Shown piece after piece: positions 22,357 to 33,533 of a stretch of DNA of 64,000 bases (positions are counted from its first letter, which is position 1; the number at the start of each line of letters is the position of its first letter). The stretch lies in assembly GCA_000002445.1 (NCBI GenBank), contig AE017150.2:1024001-1088000 (forward strand), in the 5' to 3' direction. The stretch comes from Trypanosoma brucei (Eukaryota). The position numbers and the translations under genes are program-made. The notes under the pieces are model-generated. The model was not told the DNA's origin. It was given only the letters and a program-made list of their open reading frames with translations, and ran no database searches.

Positions 22357-23355
22357 ATGATGCGACAAAATCTGACAAGTGACTCATTAATTACAGACAC
22401 ACTCCGTAAGGCCGGTGTCCCGTGTGATGTTGTTGGTATTGTGGAGACTGTTGCCGGTGCATGCCGTGCAATCGCTGCTGGGCTTCGCAATGACGGCGTG
22501 ACGGCCGCCAAGAGTAAGAATAACTTTGGTGATGACGTCCTCTCCGTCGATGTAATGGCTGACAAAATTATATCGGAGGCTCTCAACAGTTGCCAACATG
22601 TGGCTTCTTATGTTTCGGAAGAGTCCCCGTCATTGGCTTCTACCGCGCATAGCGGCAAGGCAACATATTCAGTTTCGTACGACCCACTGGATGGTAGCAG
22701 CATCATCACCTCTAATTTTACTGTCGGTTCTATCTTTGCGGTGTGGCCTGGGAACACACCCATCGGCCTTACCGTCCGTGATATGGCGGCAAGTGTTGTT
22801 GCTGTTTATGGCCCGCGTGTGGTGCTTTTCGTGGGGCAGGAGGAGTTGGGAGTGGCAGAATTCTTCTGTGGGGCGGATGGGGAATGGAAATTGGCTAAGC
22901 GCGTGTGGGCGGGAGTTTGTACGCCGCGAACTGCCACCGTGACGGCAGCGGGACGTGGTGTTAAACTGAAGGCAACGGTGTTTTCCCCCGGTAACCTTCG
23001 CGCCGTCCGCCACTTACCGTGGTATAAACAGCTGATAACTATGTATATGCAAGAAGGTGCCACATTACGTTACACGGGTGGGATGGTGCCGGATGTGTGC
23101 CAAATCATTGTGAAGGGCGACGGCATATATATGACGCCAGCGAGTCCACAACATAAGATGAAGCTAAGGTTATTGTTTGAAGCTGCACCAATGGCGTTTC
23201 TCATTCACTGCGCGGGCGGGCGTTCAACAACGGGGTTGACGAACATGATGAATGTGCGTGTAGTGAGTATGGAGCAAACGACGCCGATTGCCCTTGGTTG
23301 TGCACGAGATGTGGAGAGGTATGAGCGCATGTGTCGCGGGTGCAGCAAACTATAG
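22357..23355 (+). CDS. SBPase: Sedoheptulose-1,7-bisphosphatase / fructose-1,6-bisphosphatase family protein with C-terminal -SKL (PTS1)
   Basis: The protein shows the FBPase/SBPase fold signature (DPLDGSS..., GGMVPDV..., YTGGM) and its last three residues are SKL. The start was set to the first ATG (22357), because the track's start is a TTG that lies inside the polypyrimidine tract. Confidence 0.75.
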   Translation: MMRQNLTSDSLITDTLRKAGVPCDVVGIVETVAGACRAIAAGLRNDGVTAAKSKNNFGDDVLSVDVMADKIISEALNSCQHVASYVSEESPSLASTAHSGKATYSVSYDPLDGSSIITSNFTVGSIFAVWPGNTPIGLTVRDMAASVVAVYGPRVVLFVGQEELGVAEFFCGADGEWKLAKRVWAGVCTPRTATVTAAGRGVKLKATVFSPGNLRAVRHLPWYKQLITMYMQEGATLRYTGGMVPDVCQIIVKGDGIYMTPASPQHKMKLRLLFEAAPMAFLIHCAGGRSTTGLTNMMNVRVVSMEQTTPIALGCARDVERYERMCRGCSKL

Positions 23356-23427
23356 TTTTTTCTTCTTGTTTTTATTTTTGTGCCGCACAAGGTGATGGTC
23401 CGATCTAAAGTCAGAAAGGGAAGGTTG

Positions 23428-23461
<34 letters not shown>

Positions 23462-24218
23462 CGTACTTAATTACTTCGTTTCCTTTAATTCGTTAGTTCA
23501 TTTTATTTAATACGTGGTCGTAATGTGCTCTGACTTCTATCTTAACGGACAGAAAGTCTCATTGCAATTGCACTGAAGCCAAATGGAGTGGAGATCCTCT
23601 CGACTCGACTCCCGCTTTTTCTCTTGTTTTGTGTTTTCTTTTTTCTTTTTTGTTCTTTTGGCTGCGTCTATTTTCACTTGACTACGACCAAGTAAGTGTG
23701 TGTCTGCGTTTGCGTTTGCGTTTGTAGTTTTTTTTTTTGCCTTTTGTGCTCCTGGTTACCAGCTTGGAACCTTTAATTCATCTCTGAATATACATATATA
23801 TGTAGCGCCTACAAACATGTGGTAGCACAATCGAAAAATTCTAATGATGCATTTGATATTTGGCGACCGTTCTACTCCTCATTTCTGTTGTGCTTTCGCA
23901 ACATTTTTTTTTGTTTTTATGCACTGAACTGTAACAGCAGTAGTGGAGGGAAGGGGTTTAAATAAGCAGTAGTAAAGAGAAGTGGGTCGAAGTGAGAGAA
24001 GAAAGGAAGGAGGATAAGTACGGTGCTGCAGTGATTGAGCGAGGAGGGAAAGGGGCGGCGAGGGCGTATACTCACTGTAGAGACCTACCGTAGGTTAAAA
24101 GACTTTTTTTTTTTTAAAGGCAAAGTAAGGTGGAAGGAAGGAGAAAAGGACCTTGGTTGAATATAGTAGCAGATTGCAAGGTGATTGTGACGTAGCCTGT
24201 AAGCTAATTAGCATTGAA

Positions 24219-27200
24219 ATGGAGGATATCAATTCCGAAGTGGGTGTTCAGCCCACATATCCAACAAGGGAGGAGCTTTTATCAAAGATCATGTGGGTAG
24301 CGGACGTTACCGACCCCGCGCTTTACCTGGAGCAATTACATGGTGCATTTGAGGATGTTATATTCTCCCGTGTCCAGGAGGAGGTGGAGAAGGAGGAGGA
24401 TGATGAAGGGTTGAAAGGTACAAGACGTCTCAAAACGGTAGCTGACCGTATGCGTGAGGAAAAACGGAAGGAAGTGCTCCGTCGGGAGTTGATGGAGCTG
24501 CAGGATGATACTTCTGTTGACGAAGATGGGAGCGCAGGGGAACACACAGCAGGAGATGTTGACGATGACCTGAATGTCGACGAGGAATTTTTAGAAGAGT
24601 CTGATTTTATGGATGATAGGGAGTTTCTTTCATGGATACACCGGAATGATGCTCTACCACGGGAGGATCAAGCGGAGATGGTACTTAAAGAGGATGTACC
24701 CGCTGCTGCCGGGCTGGAACTCGAGTTACACCGTGTAGGTCTCCGTGAAGAAACCGAACTTGAAACAAGAGAAGCGTTACCAGAGCGTCTACAGGCCATT
24801 GCGGAGCGTGAGCGTCGACCACGACTTCAATCACGCAAGATTTCTCCCTCCCAGTCCTACAAAATTCGCCTTGGTCGTGAGGCATTTTGGATAATTTGTC
24901 AATTGCGTGGTGCTGGGCAACCGTTGGCTCACAATACAAGCATCTGTGCCCTGGCTATGCTGCCGTTTTCAGAGGTGGAAAACCACCCTGTCGTTAAGGC
25001 AGTGGAATATGCTCTCAAAAAAATGACGCAGGAGTTCCTAGAGCCCGCACACTTGATGCTCTATCATCAAACCGCGTTACAACCACTACTCTGTGCACTA
25101 TTAGAAACTTCACCTCTTGTGGAGGCAGCGGAGCGTAGTCTGCCCGTAGCTTCGTATGCGTACAGTACGCGGACCGGGAGGCGTCAGAGGCCTCTGATTT
25201 CAGATAGTTATGTTGGGTTTAGTGCGAGGGGGGATGAGAGGGCCATTGGTTTCGGTGACCCTGCATGGGACAAGGATGCGCAGCGCTCCAATGGCGATGC
25301 TGCAGCCGCATTGGATAGGATGGATTTCGCGCAGCGCAAACCCTGTTTCATAGAGCTTGGTCGTCTCCTCCTACGCATTCTTGAGCTTGATGTGTTGTGC
25401 CACAGGCTCGAGTGGCAGAGGTGGCAAATGTTGTTGAAATTGGGCAGTAGCACAGAGCCTGACGTGGGGCAGGAAGGAGCGGCATTGCGACAAATGATGT
25501 TTTTTAGCGCGATTGAAGCCGACTTCTGGCAGTCATTTGTAAGTCAACATGTCTCCGGAAGCAATGGTCGAGCCACGCGGACGATAAAATCTTTAGGTCT
25601 TGAGAGTGCGTTCGAGCAGTACACCATAGCGGGTACACAATACCAAGAAAATTTGCGTGCAAATGCACCCATTCGTGTCTGTCCACCGCCGCAATCGGTT
25701 TCTTTGCTGGAGTGGACGAGCCGTGTCGGTGCTTCTTTAAATCCACCGCGCTGTGGCGAAACCGTGCTTTGGTTATTCAACCAAGCAATAACGGAGCAGT
25801 TTACGCGGCTCCCTGTTCTGCGTACCCGACTATTCAATGTGTTCTGTGCGGAGGGAGACCTGATTGTTTCTTACAAAAACTCGAAGAAAGCAGATGACGT
25901 ATATCCACTCGCAAGTTTTTTCGTTGAGCATTCACGTCACTACTTGGACCTTCTGGAGCGTGAGCGACAGGGCACGATTGACTTGTTTTATGTTCTTAAC
26001 GACGAACTGGTACGCGGTGTGGCGAAATTCGGCCAACTGTACGATCCGTCTTTCAATAACGCTGTTGGAATCTCCCAACGGGACGAGTGGCTGACGAGTC
26101 GGCGAGACGTGATGGAGTTGGTTTTAATCCGGCTCGTCGAAGGGTTGACTCCGAAAGTAAAAGCAGAGCTCAGCCAGTTCGCCAGTCGGTGTGCCCATAC
26201 GCAATGCGCTGAACGATTTGGGCTCTTGTGTGCCCAGGGCCCCTACGAACGTACGTGGTTAAATATTGCTGCATACGATGACGAGGCACTCGTGTGGGAA
26301 CCTGAATGGAATGTGGTAGAGGCCCTGCCACGGCGGCCTGCCGGTTTGCCCGTAACAAGCAGTTATGGGTGCAAGCCTCCTGCGCGCGTGTGTGCGGTGT
26401 ATGGCGGTGAAGGTGGTTTGGCACACATTTGCTTTATCGATGAGAATGGGTTACTAGTCGGAACCATGCGATGGGTGAGTTGCGCTCTAACCTCTGAAAG
26501 TGGGCGGACGGCTGATTTGCTGCAGAACATTCAGTTGGAGAACCAGTTTGACCGATGCAATCCCGGCGTCGTTGTTGTTGGTGCTTCCAGCACGGCCTCC
26601 TTGGGTTTGATGCGTTCGATGCAGCGGTTTCTCCGTGAACGTGCGGAAGCCAATCTTCGCGCACACGTGCCCATCGTATGGGCTCCCGTAGAAGTTGCCA
26701 GGTTGTACAGCGGCACAACGTATGCTGACAGTGAGATGCCGGATGCGGATAGCCTTTCGCGTACGGCGCTCGCCCTCGCTCGTTATGTCCAAGATCCACT
26801 GGGCGCCATCAGTGTTTTATTTGACAGCAGACGCACAGCCCTCCGACTCTCACTGGGAAGAGTAGCGAATATCACCAGCGAGCAGGAGGAACAGCTTTAT
26901 TTGCGACTCTGTTGGGAGATGAGCCTATGGGTTACAGCATGTGGAGTTTGGGTCGACCACTGTCTGACGCGCTCGAACAGCACGGCACTGTTGCAGTTCA
27001 TTTCAGGGTTTGGACCTGTGCGCGCGCGCAAGCTGCAGCAACTTCTGTTTTTGCGCAGACCTATCAATAAGGATGAGTGTGAAAAAATGATTACCAATGC
27101 TTTTGGGATGCATGTGGCACAAAATGCCGTTTCCTCACTTAGAATCGGACCACCAATGGACAGTGACAGGGAGGTGGGGACTGGTGAAGACGGATCGTTA

Positions 27201-28850
27201 AAGTCGGGTCGCTGGACGTTGCTGGACCAGACGTTGTTGCCAGTCGCATGGTACAGCACTGCAGCTTGCATTGCATGTGCTGCATTGAAGCGTGCCACTT
27301 CTCCGCACGTAATAACAATAAGGAGAACTGTTGCTGCTCTTTTAGTTGCCGATTTTATGCAGCGACCTGCCGATGAGAGGCGTGGTTGCATGGATCGCGA
27401 CGTACGTGTACAGGAAATAACAAGAACGATGCGGCTCGAGGTACGCTCGACGTGGAGCGGCTTGCTGGGGAGGAGGGAGGTGGAATTTGTGCAGGATGAG
27501 ATGATCGCTTCCGGTCAGTCATTCATGCGGCGGCCGTACCGTCGTATTTCCAATCGGGAGCTGATGACATATGTAACAGGTATTACGTACTGTACAAACC
27601 AAGATGCACCTTTTCTGCACCGTGGTGTAGAAACAATGTCTCTCATTGTTTGTGAGGGCGAGTACATTGCAGGTGTGGTGCAGAGCGTGCGTGGTAAGTT
27701 AGCCGCCGCTTCTGGCGTACCTTCAATCCGGCTCACGACATCGCGTGGTCTAAATGCCACCATATCAGCTGATGACATCGACGATGAAACAATGAAGCGA
27801 GAGTTCCTCGAATACGAGGAGGCCTTGAGTGCGTTGGGTGAGGAGGGGAGAGCCATTGGACCTCCACCGAATCGACCGCAATGGCTCTGCCGAGGTGCCC
27901 TGATACAGGGTATCGTGATTAACTGCCATTGGGAGCGATGTGAGCTTCGCCTCCGCTGGTGTCGTCCCCGTGGTGGGGAGCCAGATTCCCGTCGTATGCA
28001 AAAGAAAAGTGCGGCGCGTCGCAAAACTCGTGAGTCTCGTGCTGACGTTGGTGACCCCGCCGTCAGCGACGGCGATGGTACAGATATAGGTAGACATTAC
28101 CTATCGTACACGGCATCCGTGCGTGATGCAACGAGTTGCAACAGTTCCCTTCGGACGGAACGTCTTGACATAGATGCACGGGTGTTTGCCACCAAAGTAT
28201 CCCGTCATTCGCTATTCCGTGATGTCAACAGCACTAAAGCAGTCGAGTTCCTGCAAAACAAAAAGATTGGTGAGGTACTGCTCCGCCCAGCCTCTGGACA
28301 CCGCAACAAAGCAGTTGCCGTGGTTAAGATAGGTGAGTGGTCCACTTGCAATTGGCTCATCAGTGAAGACCGGCGCTCAAATGGATCGATATACTACCGG
28401 CTTTCAGACCAAGTGGAAAAACGTGAGATTGAGTTTAACGATGTGGACGAGTTTTTGACCAATTTCATAGCCCCTATGGTGTCGCTTGCCCAGGACATTC
28501 GGGCGCACCGGCGGTTTGTAGGGAGCACGCGTGACGTTCTCGGTGCACTTGATGCACAGCAGAAGAGCGCTGCCAGCAGAACCGGCACGAATGGATCTAA
28601 TTTCATTGCGTATGTGTTCGTTGAGGCAGAGCAGCAATCACGGCCGTCTTTTTATCGTGTCGTTACGCGCGTCGGCACAAGGGAGCGAAGTTTCTACCTT
28701 CATATAAGCGACAGATATATATACATACGTGTTCCTCTCCGGACCAAGGACGCCAGCGCTGAGGGTTCTAGGGCTGGTATGGTGCTGTTGAAGTGCCGTA
28801 ACGCAGAACACGTGAGCCAGGTCGTAAAGGAGCTTGTGCATCGGTGTTAG
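24219..28850 (+). CDS. SPT6: Transcription elongation factor SPT6-like protein
   Basis: The N-terminus is acidic (EEVEKEEDDEG, DDDLNVDEEFLEESDFMDD). A YqgF/RNase-H-like stretch (GVVVVGASSTASLGL) and an HhH-like stretch (FISGFGPVRARKLQQLLF) follow. The C-terminus carries an SH2-like motif (VSRHSLFRDVNSTKAVEFLQNKKIGEVLLRPASG). The ~1540-aa length fits SPT6. The start was moved to the first ATG. Confidence 0.55.
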   Translation: MEDINSEVGVQPTYPTREELLSKIMWVADVTDPALYLEQLHGAFEDVIFSRVQEEVEKEEDDEGLKGTRRLKTVADRMREEKRKEVLRRELMELQDDTSVDEDGSAGEHTAGDVDDDLNVDEEFLEESDFMDDREFLSWIHRNDALPREDQAEMVLKEDVPAAAGLELELHRVGLREETELETREALPERLQAIAERERRPRLQSRKISPSQSYKIRLGREAFWIICQLRGAGQPLAHNTSICALAMLPFSEVENHPVVKAVEYALKKMTQEFLEPAHLMLYHQTALQPLLCALLETSPLVEAAERSLPVASYAYSTRTGRRQRPLISDSYVGFSARGDERAIGFGDPAWDKDAQRSNGDAAAALDRMDFAQRKPCFIELGRLLLRILELDVLCHRLEWQRWQMLLKLGSSTEPDVGQEGAALRQMMFFSAIEADFWQSFVSQHVSGSNGRATRTIKSLGLESAFEQYTIAGTQYQENLRANAPIRVCPPPQSVSLLEWTSRVGASLNPPRCGETVLWLFNQAITEQFTRLPVLRTRLFNVFCAEGDLIVSYKNSKKADDVYPLASFFVEHSRHYLDLLERERQGTIDLFYVLNDELVRGVAKFGQLYDPSFNNAVGISQRDEWLTSRRDVMELVLIRLVEGLTPKVKAELSQFASRCAHTQCAERFGLLCAQGPYERTWLNIAAYDDEALVWEPEWNVVEALPRRPAGLPVTSSYGCKPPARVCAVYGGEGGLAHICFIDENGLLVGTMRWVSCALTSESGRTADLLQNIQLENQFDRCNPGVVVVGASSTASLGLMRSMQRFLRERAEANLRAHVPIVWAPVEVARLYSGTTYADSEMPDADSLSRTALALARYVQDPLGAISVLFDSRRTALRLSLGRVANITSEQEEQLYLRLCWEMSLWVTACGVWVDHCLTRSNSTALLQFISGFGPVRARKLQQLLFLRRPINKDECEKMITNAFGMHVAQNAVSSLRIGPPMDSDREVGTGEDGSLKSGRWTLLDQTLLPVAWYSTAACIACAALKRATSPHVITIRRTVAALLVADFMQRPADERRGCMDRDVRVQEITRTMRLEVRSTWSGLLGRREVEFVQDEMIASGQSFMRRPYRRISNRELMTYVTGITYCTNQDAPFLHRGVETMSLIVCEGEYIAGVVQSVRGKLAAASGVPSIRLTTSRGLNATISADDIDDETMKREFLEYEEALSALGEEGRAIGPPPNRPQWLCRGALIQGIVINCHWERCELRLRWCRPRGGEPDSRRMQKKSAARRKTRESRADVGDPAVSDGDGTDIGRHYLSYTASVRDATSCNSSLRTERLDIDARVFATKVSRHSLFRDVNSTKAVEFLQNKKIGEVLLRPASGHRNKAVAVVKIGEWSTCNWLISEDRRSNGSIYYRLSDQVEKREIEFNDVDEFLTNFIAPMVSLAQDIRAHRRFVGSTRDVLGALDAQQKSAASRTGTNGSNFIAYVFVEAEQQSRPSFYRVVTRVGTRERSFYLHISDRYIYIRVPLRTKDASAEGSRAGMVLLKCRNAEHVSQVVKELVHRC

Positions 28851-29844
28851 CGTCGGTGTGGGGGAAAGAGGATGGATGGTAAGGAATATTATCACGTGCG
28901 CTTGTATGCGTGTGGGTAACTCTTCCAGTATCCTTTTTCTAGCCCTTACTTCCTCCACTCGTCGATGATCCGTGCCGTACACTCCTTCCTCAGCACCACT
29001 ACTTCCCCCTCTTTTCTTTGTATTCGTTATGGTTTCCCGCCATATTGCTCAGCACATCACTCCACCGCTACTTCCCGAGTGGCTTATGCTTGAGCACGCG
29101 GTGCCATTTGCACCGATGAGGGACCGCGCGTGGAGGGGGGGCGGGAGTGGAGTCCGTGCTGTAATGTGCTGTAAACTTTTCTGACAGTTCAGATGTGAGG
29201 AACAAGGACGCATTGATTTGGGAGGAGGGAATAGTGGAACTTAGCTTTTTTTTCTTTTTGTAACCTACACTTTCAACTGTAGGACAAAATCTGTTGAGTT
29301 AATACTGACCTTTCCTTTACCTCTGTTTTCAGGGGTGTCGAGCTCACTCACGCGTGTGTTCATTTCGGAAAGTGTGCACGATTCCTTGTACCTCTTAGTG
29401 TTTCAGCGACGGAAGGGTGGAGCACTCTTGATTCAACTAACCCTCTTCTTTTCAAAAACAACTCTATCTCATTAAATGTGAACTCGTTTTTATTTTAAAT
29501 GTCGAAGAGACTATTTGAGCGCCAAAAAGTGTTGTGAAGAACAATAGTGTGAGGGTGTGTCGGACCTGCATTCTCGGAGGCCGTTGTGAACGTGGAGTGG
29601 AACGGTCGCTGTTCGTTGCCGCGCGGTGCGTGCGTTTGTGTGCAATCGTACGAGCGTAACGACATTAGCACTGAACAACTTCGTGCGCAAACAGCTGCGA
29701 AGTACCTCCAAATTAGAAACGGTAAAACTGTGCTCTAAAGCGAGTGCGTGGGGTTGATATTTTGTTGGTGTGTGGCGACCGGCTTGGAGAGGCAAATAGC
29801 TCTGCAGTTGAATTCAGGTCCACCGTTGTGTTATTTGAAGCGCA

Positions 29845-32800
29845 ATGGGGCGGCAGCGAGCATTGTTTCTTTTGGGGCTGTTGCAGCGGCAACACCCTGA
29901 GGCACACAAAAATCTTACCCGTGAGGTTGAGCGTGTGGAAAGGGAGGCCCGAAGCGACGGGGATCTCGTTCGCCTGCGTGAGAGCTGCCGCGTGGTCCTG
30001 CATTTACTCAATGAACACCGAGAGTTCTTGCCGTTCGTTGCTCAGGGTTGTCCATCGTGTCTCTCCGCCGTGTTGTCTCAAGTAGGGAAAGGGGGGATTA
30101 CTGACAACGCTGGTGATGCCGATAGAAACGACGGCGATGAGAGCTGCATGGAAGATATTGACATGCTGCGTCTCGCTGCATTGCTGTCGACGTCAGGGTC
30201 ACCGGTTGATGCCCTCGCCGACGGCGTGAGTAAGAGCCTCGAGCCGATGACGAGGCTCGTGTTTTCAACCAACTCAGAGGTGGGGGAGTTGGCGTTGTCG
30301 TTGCTCGGTCGTGCCGTAAGGCTGTCTGCGGATAGCGAGAGGCTTGCAGGAAGTTTGCTTGGTAACGAAAAATTTTGGGTGAGGTTTGCACGAGCGTTCT
30401 TTGGCGATAGCAGTAGGGCAAATCATCTCGACAAGGAAGCAAGGTTGTGCACTACCTCTTCCCCACCCTCGGTGCTTGCAAGTGTGCTGGGGTTACTGCG
30501 CCGCTGTTGCATGGTGAGTAGGGTGGGGCGCGACGCATCGTTCCGTTCCTTGCTGGTGCGTGTCTGCACCGCTGTTACTTTGAAAAACGATGCGCGCCTG
30601 CGAGAAGAGGCGGTTCTTCTTCTTTACACGCTGCGCATCACCTCCAGTACGGATGAGACTGAATGTTTGCGTGAATGCATTGCGGTGTTGGCCCCAGCCA
30701 CGCCAGGAAGCGAGGATGATTGTGCTAATGTCGCCCGCAACGGGAGTGACCCCGGGTTTGTTGACCGACTGGTGGGTGACCGCAATATTATGTATGCCAA
30801 CTCCCTGATGAATGCCCTCATTTCGTTGCAGAAGAACCAATTTGAAAGCAGCGCCCGTCTTAGGGATCTTGAGCGCATTGCGAAATTGTTGTTCGACCCC
30901 CATGTTCCTTGCGGTGCAGCAGCGGCATTGGTATTGCTTCCTGGTGCCGTGACGTCTGTGTTCGCAGCCGCCAGCGACGTGGAGGAGAAAATCAGTGCTT
31001 TCGCTTGTGCCCTGTTTTCCTCCGCTATTGAGGGTTTGGAGGAGATGTTAAGCTCTCCAATGAACCTTGGCGCAACTGAGCAAGAGGGAGCGCTGAGGGA
31101 ATCTGACATCTGCTCTTACCGAAGATGTTTAGTGGAGGATTTTCTGTCGCTAGGTGGTATGGTTCTGCTGGAGGATCTGTTACTGGACTACAGCAGTGGT
31201 GTGGTTTCCACGGCGACTCGCTTGGTTCGTTCACTGATGCGCTTTTCTAGCGGGACGCGCAACCTCGTACTGGCTTCTAGGTGCTTTCCAAACCTTTATA
31301 AAGCGCTAGAGGGTGTTAGCGGGGAGTCAAATATTTCCGAGTCACTGCGGTGCGGTGCTGAAGACGGCGTTTGCGCAATGCTGCACATAGCACTTGATAC
31401 CTTTTCCCTTCTCGGTAGCGACACTGCATGGGTGCTTCCTGAGTCTGCTGTCGGTTGCGTTAGCATGATTGCCACAGAATCGCGGAACAACGTCAGCGTG
31501 CTTGCCGCAGCACTTCGTACCCTTTCGGTGCTGGCAGCGTCTCACCCCATGGCGGCAACCGTTGTTCTGGACTACGATTACATTAATAGCGTTTTGGGGA
31601 TGGAGGGGGACGCTGCTGTGAACTCTGATGGCGAGGAGGCGAAGGAGCCTTGGGTACTGAATGATACAGATGCTGCGTATATTTGTGGTTCCTTTGACAT
31701 CATGTCGGCAGTAGTTTCGCAGGAACCTTCTTGTGTTACCTTCGAATGGATTGAAACATTGATCATGGCGACAAAGAGGGCGCAGCATTGGCAGGATGAG
31801 GTGCCACGGTTCGCCCGACCACTTTGGAATGTTGTAGTGAAAACTGTTACCATCTCGGAGGAGGGGCGCACGTATCTGTTGGAAGATACCGAGTTTGTTG
31901 ATGTTTTGCTTAATACCATGGCATCGTGCTGCTCGTATATGACTCGTGGCTGCGAAAGCGAGCGTATAAGGCACAGTGCCGAAAATATCGGCACTGACAA
32001 CAAAGTGGTCGGTACGCCGTATGGTGATTGTTCAAGTGTGGTCGCCCGACTACTCCCTCTTCTCGTGCGTGTCGCAAGGTTCCTGCCAGCACTACAGCAA
32101 TCACAACCGCTGGAGGGTGCATGTGATCTTGTAGAGGCTTTGGCCATTCTTCTGTCTATGCGCGGCGCTGAAGCGTCTGTAGACCTGCTTGTCAACGTCG
32201 CCCTCTTCGCGTATGATAATGAGACAACCCTGATCAGCGTGTTTGATCTGTTTGTAAAGGTGGGGCTACGCGCCTCTCAGGAGTTGCAGCAACGGGCATT
32301 GGCCTCGCTTTCGGTGCTGGAGGGGGCGGATCCAGCTGTCGTGGAGGGCGATATGCGGTGCGCAGAAGCACTAGGGGATTTTGAACGCGCCACGGCGGCC
32401 TTGGGCGCACTGCTTGCCCGCTGCCGTGCTGGTGAAGGATCTGACCTAGACAATGAGGTAGTCGAGGAGGTTTCCGCACTCATTTTGGCTGCTCTTAAGG
32501 CACCTTCTGACCATCCGCCGCTCCTATTTGCCTTACCGCCAACTGGGGCACCACCACTCCTGTCACGGCACAGGCGTATCCTTAGTTCCACCGTCGATTT
32601 GCTGCGTTCTGGTCACCAAATATTTGACCACACCGCCCAGCAGTTGTGGTGTGAACATCAGGTTTTTCAACGGGTTTCGCGTTTTTTCGGGGCGATTCGT
32701 GATAGCGAGGGTGCAGAGGAGCTGCTTGACGAAATTTGTGATCTGCTGTCAATTATGTACGGCCTTCACAACCCGTGGGCTTCCGCCGAAGACAGCGGAG

Positions 32801-33090
32801 TTGAATCTAGCGATTACACCCCGTCTTGCGATGTGGGGGACCTTCTTGTGTTCGTTGTGGAATACATTTTGAATGAACGTCTTTCACGTTCCTCTTCGTG
32901 CCGCTCGCTCTTTACTCGCCTCTGTGAGTGCGCCCCCTTCAGACACGGCATGCTTGCCGCGCATAGGGAGATCTACCACAGCTCACTGGAGGTGGTTTCT
33001 AATTGCTCTGGTGAAGCTGAGGAGAGAGAAGTTTTTGATCGATGGATCAATGAAAAGTTGGATGGTACGGTGCACGCGACAGTGGCTTAA
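29845..33090 (+). CDS. Hypothetical protein, 1081 aa, leucine/alanine-rich and alpha-helical (possible ARM/HEAT-like)
   Basis: A long ORF with an ATG start and a polypyrimidine tract upstream. I recognise no diagnostic motif. Confidence 0.6.
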   Translation: MGRQRALFLLGLLQRQHPEAHKNLTREVERVEREARSDGDLVRLRESCRVVLHLLNEHREFLPFVAQGCPSCLSAVLSQVGKGGITDNAGDADRNDGDESCMEDIDMLRLAALLSTSGSPVDALADGVSKSLEPMTRLVFSTNSEVGELALSLLGRAVRLSADSERLAGSLLGNEKFWVRFARAFFGDSSRANHLDKEARLCTTSSPPSVLASVLGLLRRCCMVSRVGRDASFRSLLVRVCTAVTLKNDARLREEAVLLLYTLRITSSTDETECLRECIAVLAPATPGSEDDCANVARNGSDPGFVDRLVGDRNIMYANSLMNALISLQKNQFESSARLRDLERIAKLLFDPHVPCGAAAALVLLPGAVTSVFAAASDVEEKISAFACALFSSAIEGLEEMLSSPMNLGATEQEGALRESDICSYRRCLVEDFLSLGGMVLLEDLLLDYSSGVVSTATRLVRSLMRFSSGTRNLVLASRCFPNLYKALEGVSGESNISESLRCGAEDGVCAMLHIALDTFSLLGSDTAWVLPESAVGCVSMIATESRNNVSVLAAALRTLSVLAASHPMAATVVLDYDYINSVLGMEGDAAVNSDGEEAKEPWVLNDTDAAYICGSFDIMSAVVSQEPSCVTFEWIETLIMATKRAQHWQDEVPRFARPLWNVVVKTVTISEEGRTYLLEDTEFVDVLLNTMASCCSYMTRGCESERIRHSAENIGTDNKVVGTPYGDCSSVVARLLPLLVRVARFLPALQQSQPLEGACDLVEALAILLSMRGAEASVDLLVNVALFAYDNETTLISVFDLFVKVGLRASQELQQRALASLSVLEGADPAVVEGDMRCAEALGDFERATAALGALLARCRAGEGSDLDNEVVEEVSALILAALKAPSDHPPLLFALPPTGAPPLLSRHRRILSSTVDLLRSGHQIFDHTAQQLWCEHQVFQRVSRFFGAIRDSEGAEELLDEICDLLSIMYGLHNPWASAEDSGVESSDYTPSCDVGDLLVFVVEYILNERLSRSSSCRSLFTRLCECAPFRHGMLAAHREIYHSSLEVVSNCSGEAEEREVFDRWINEKLDGTVHATVA

Positions 33091-33533
33091 TATAGGGAGG
33101 GCGATTGGTGTTGCCGTGTTATTATGCTGCCCTAAAACCGAGGGGAAGGGAGGTAGGGTGGGGCACTCAGTGGTGGTGATTTTTCCTAACTATTTCTGAG
33201 CGGTGAACATCTGGGTTGAGGTTTATTAATGCGGCTTCTGACACGGTTCTCGTATTATATACATCAACTTCGAACATTTACCCCGATAAATTTCCCTCTT
33301 TTTTACCCACCTCCTCGCAACCCACATCGCTCAACCGACTGCTGTTTAGACTGTCGCTCCCATTTTTTGTGTTTCCTTTTTTGTTTCCCACGTCGTTCCT
33401 TCCACGTCATTAACGACTTATGGACCTTTGTCGCTTGACACACTCATACAAAATTTCAGTAGGAGCGGACCGCTGGCCCAGCCACCTAGTGTCGGAGAGG
33501 GAGGGGGAGGGAAGGGGGAAGTGTATTGAGTAA

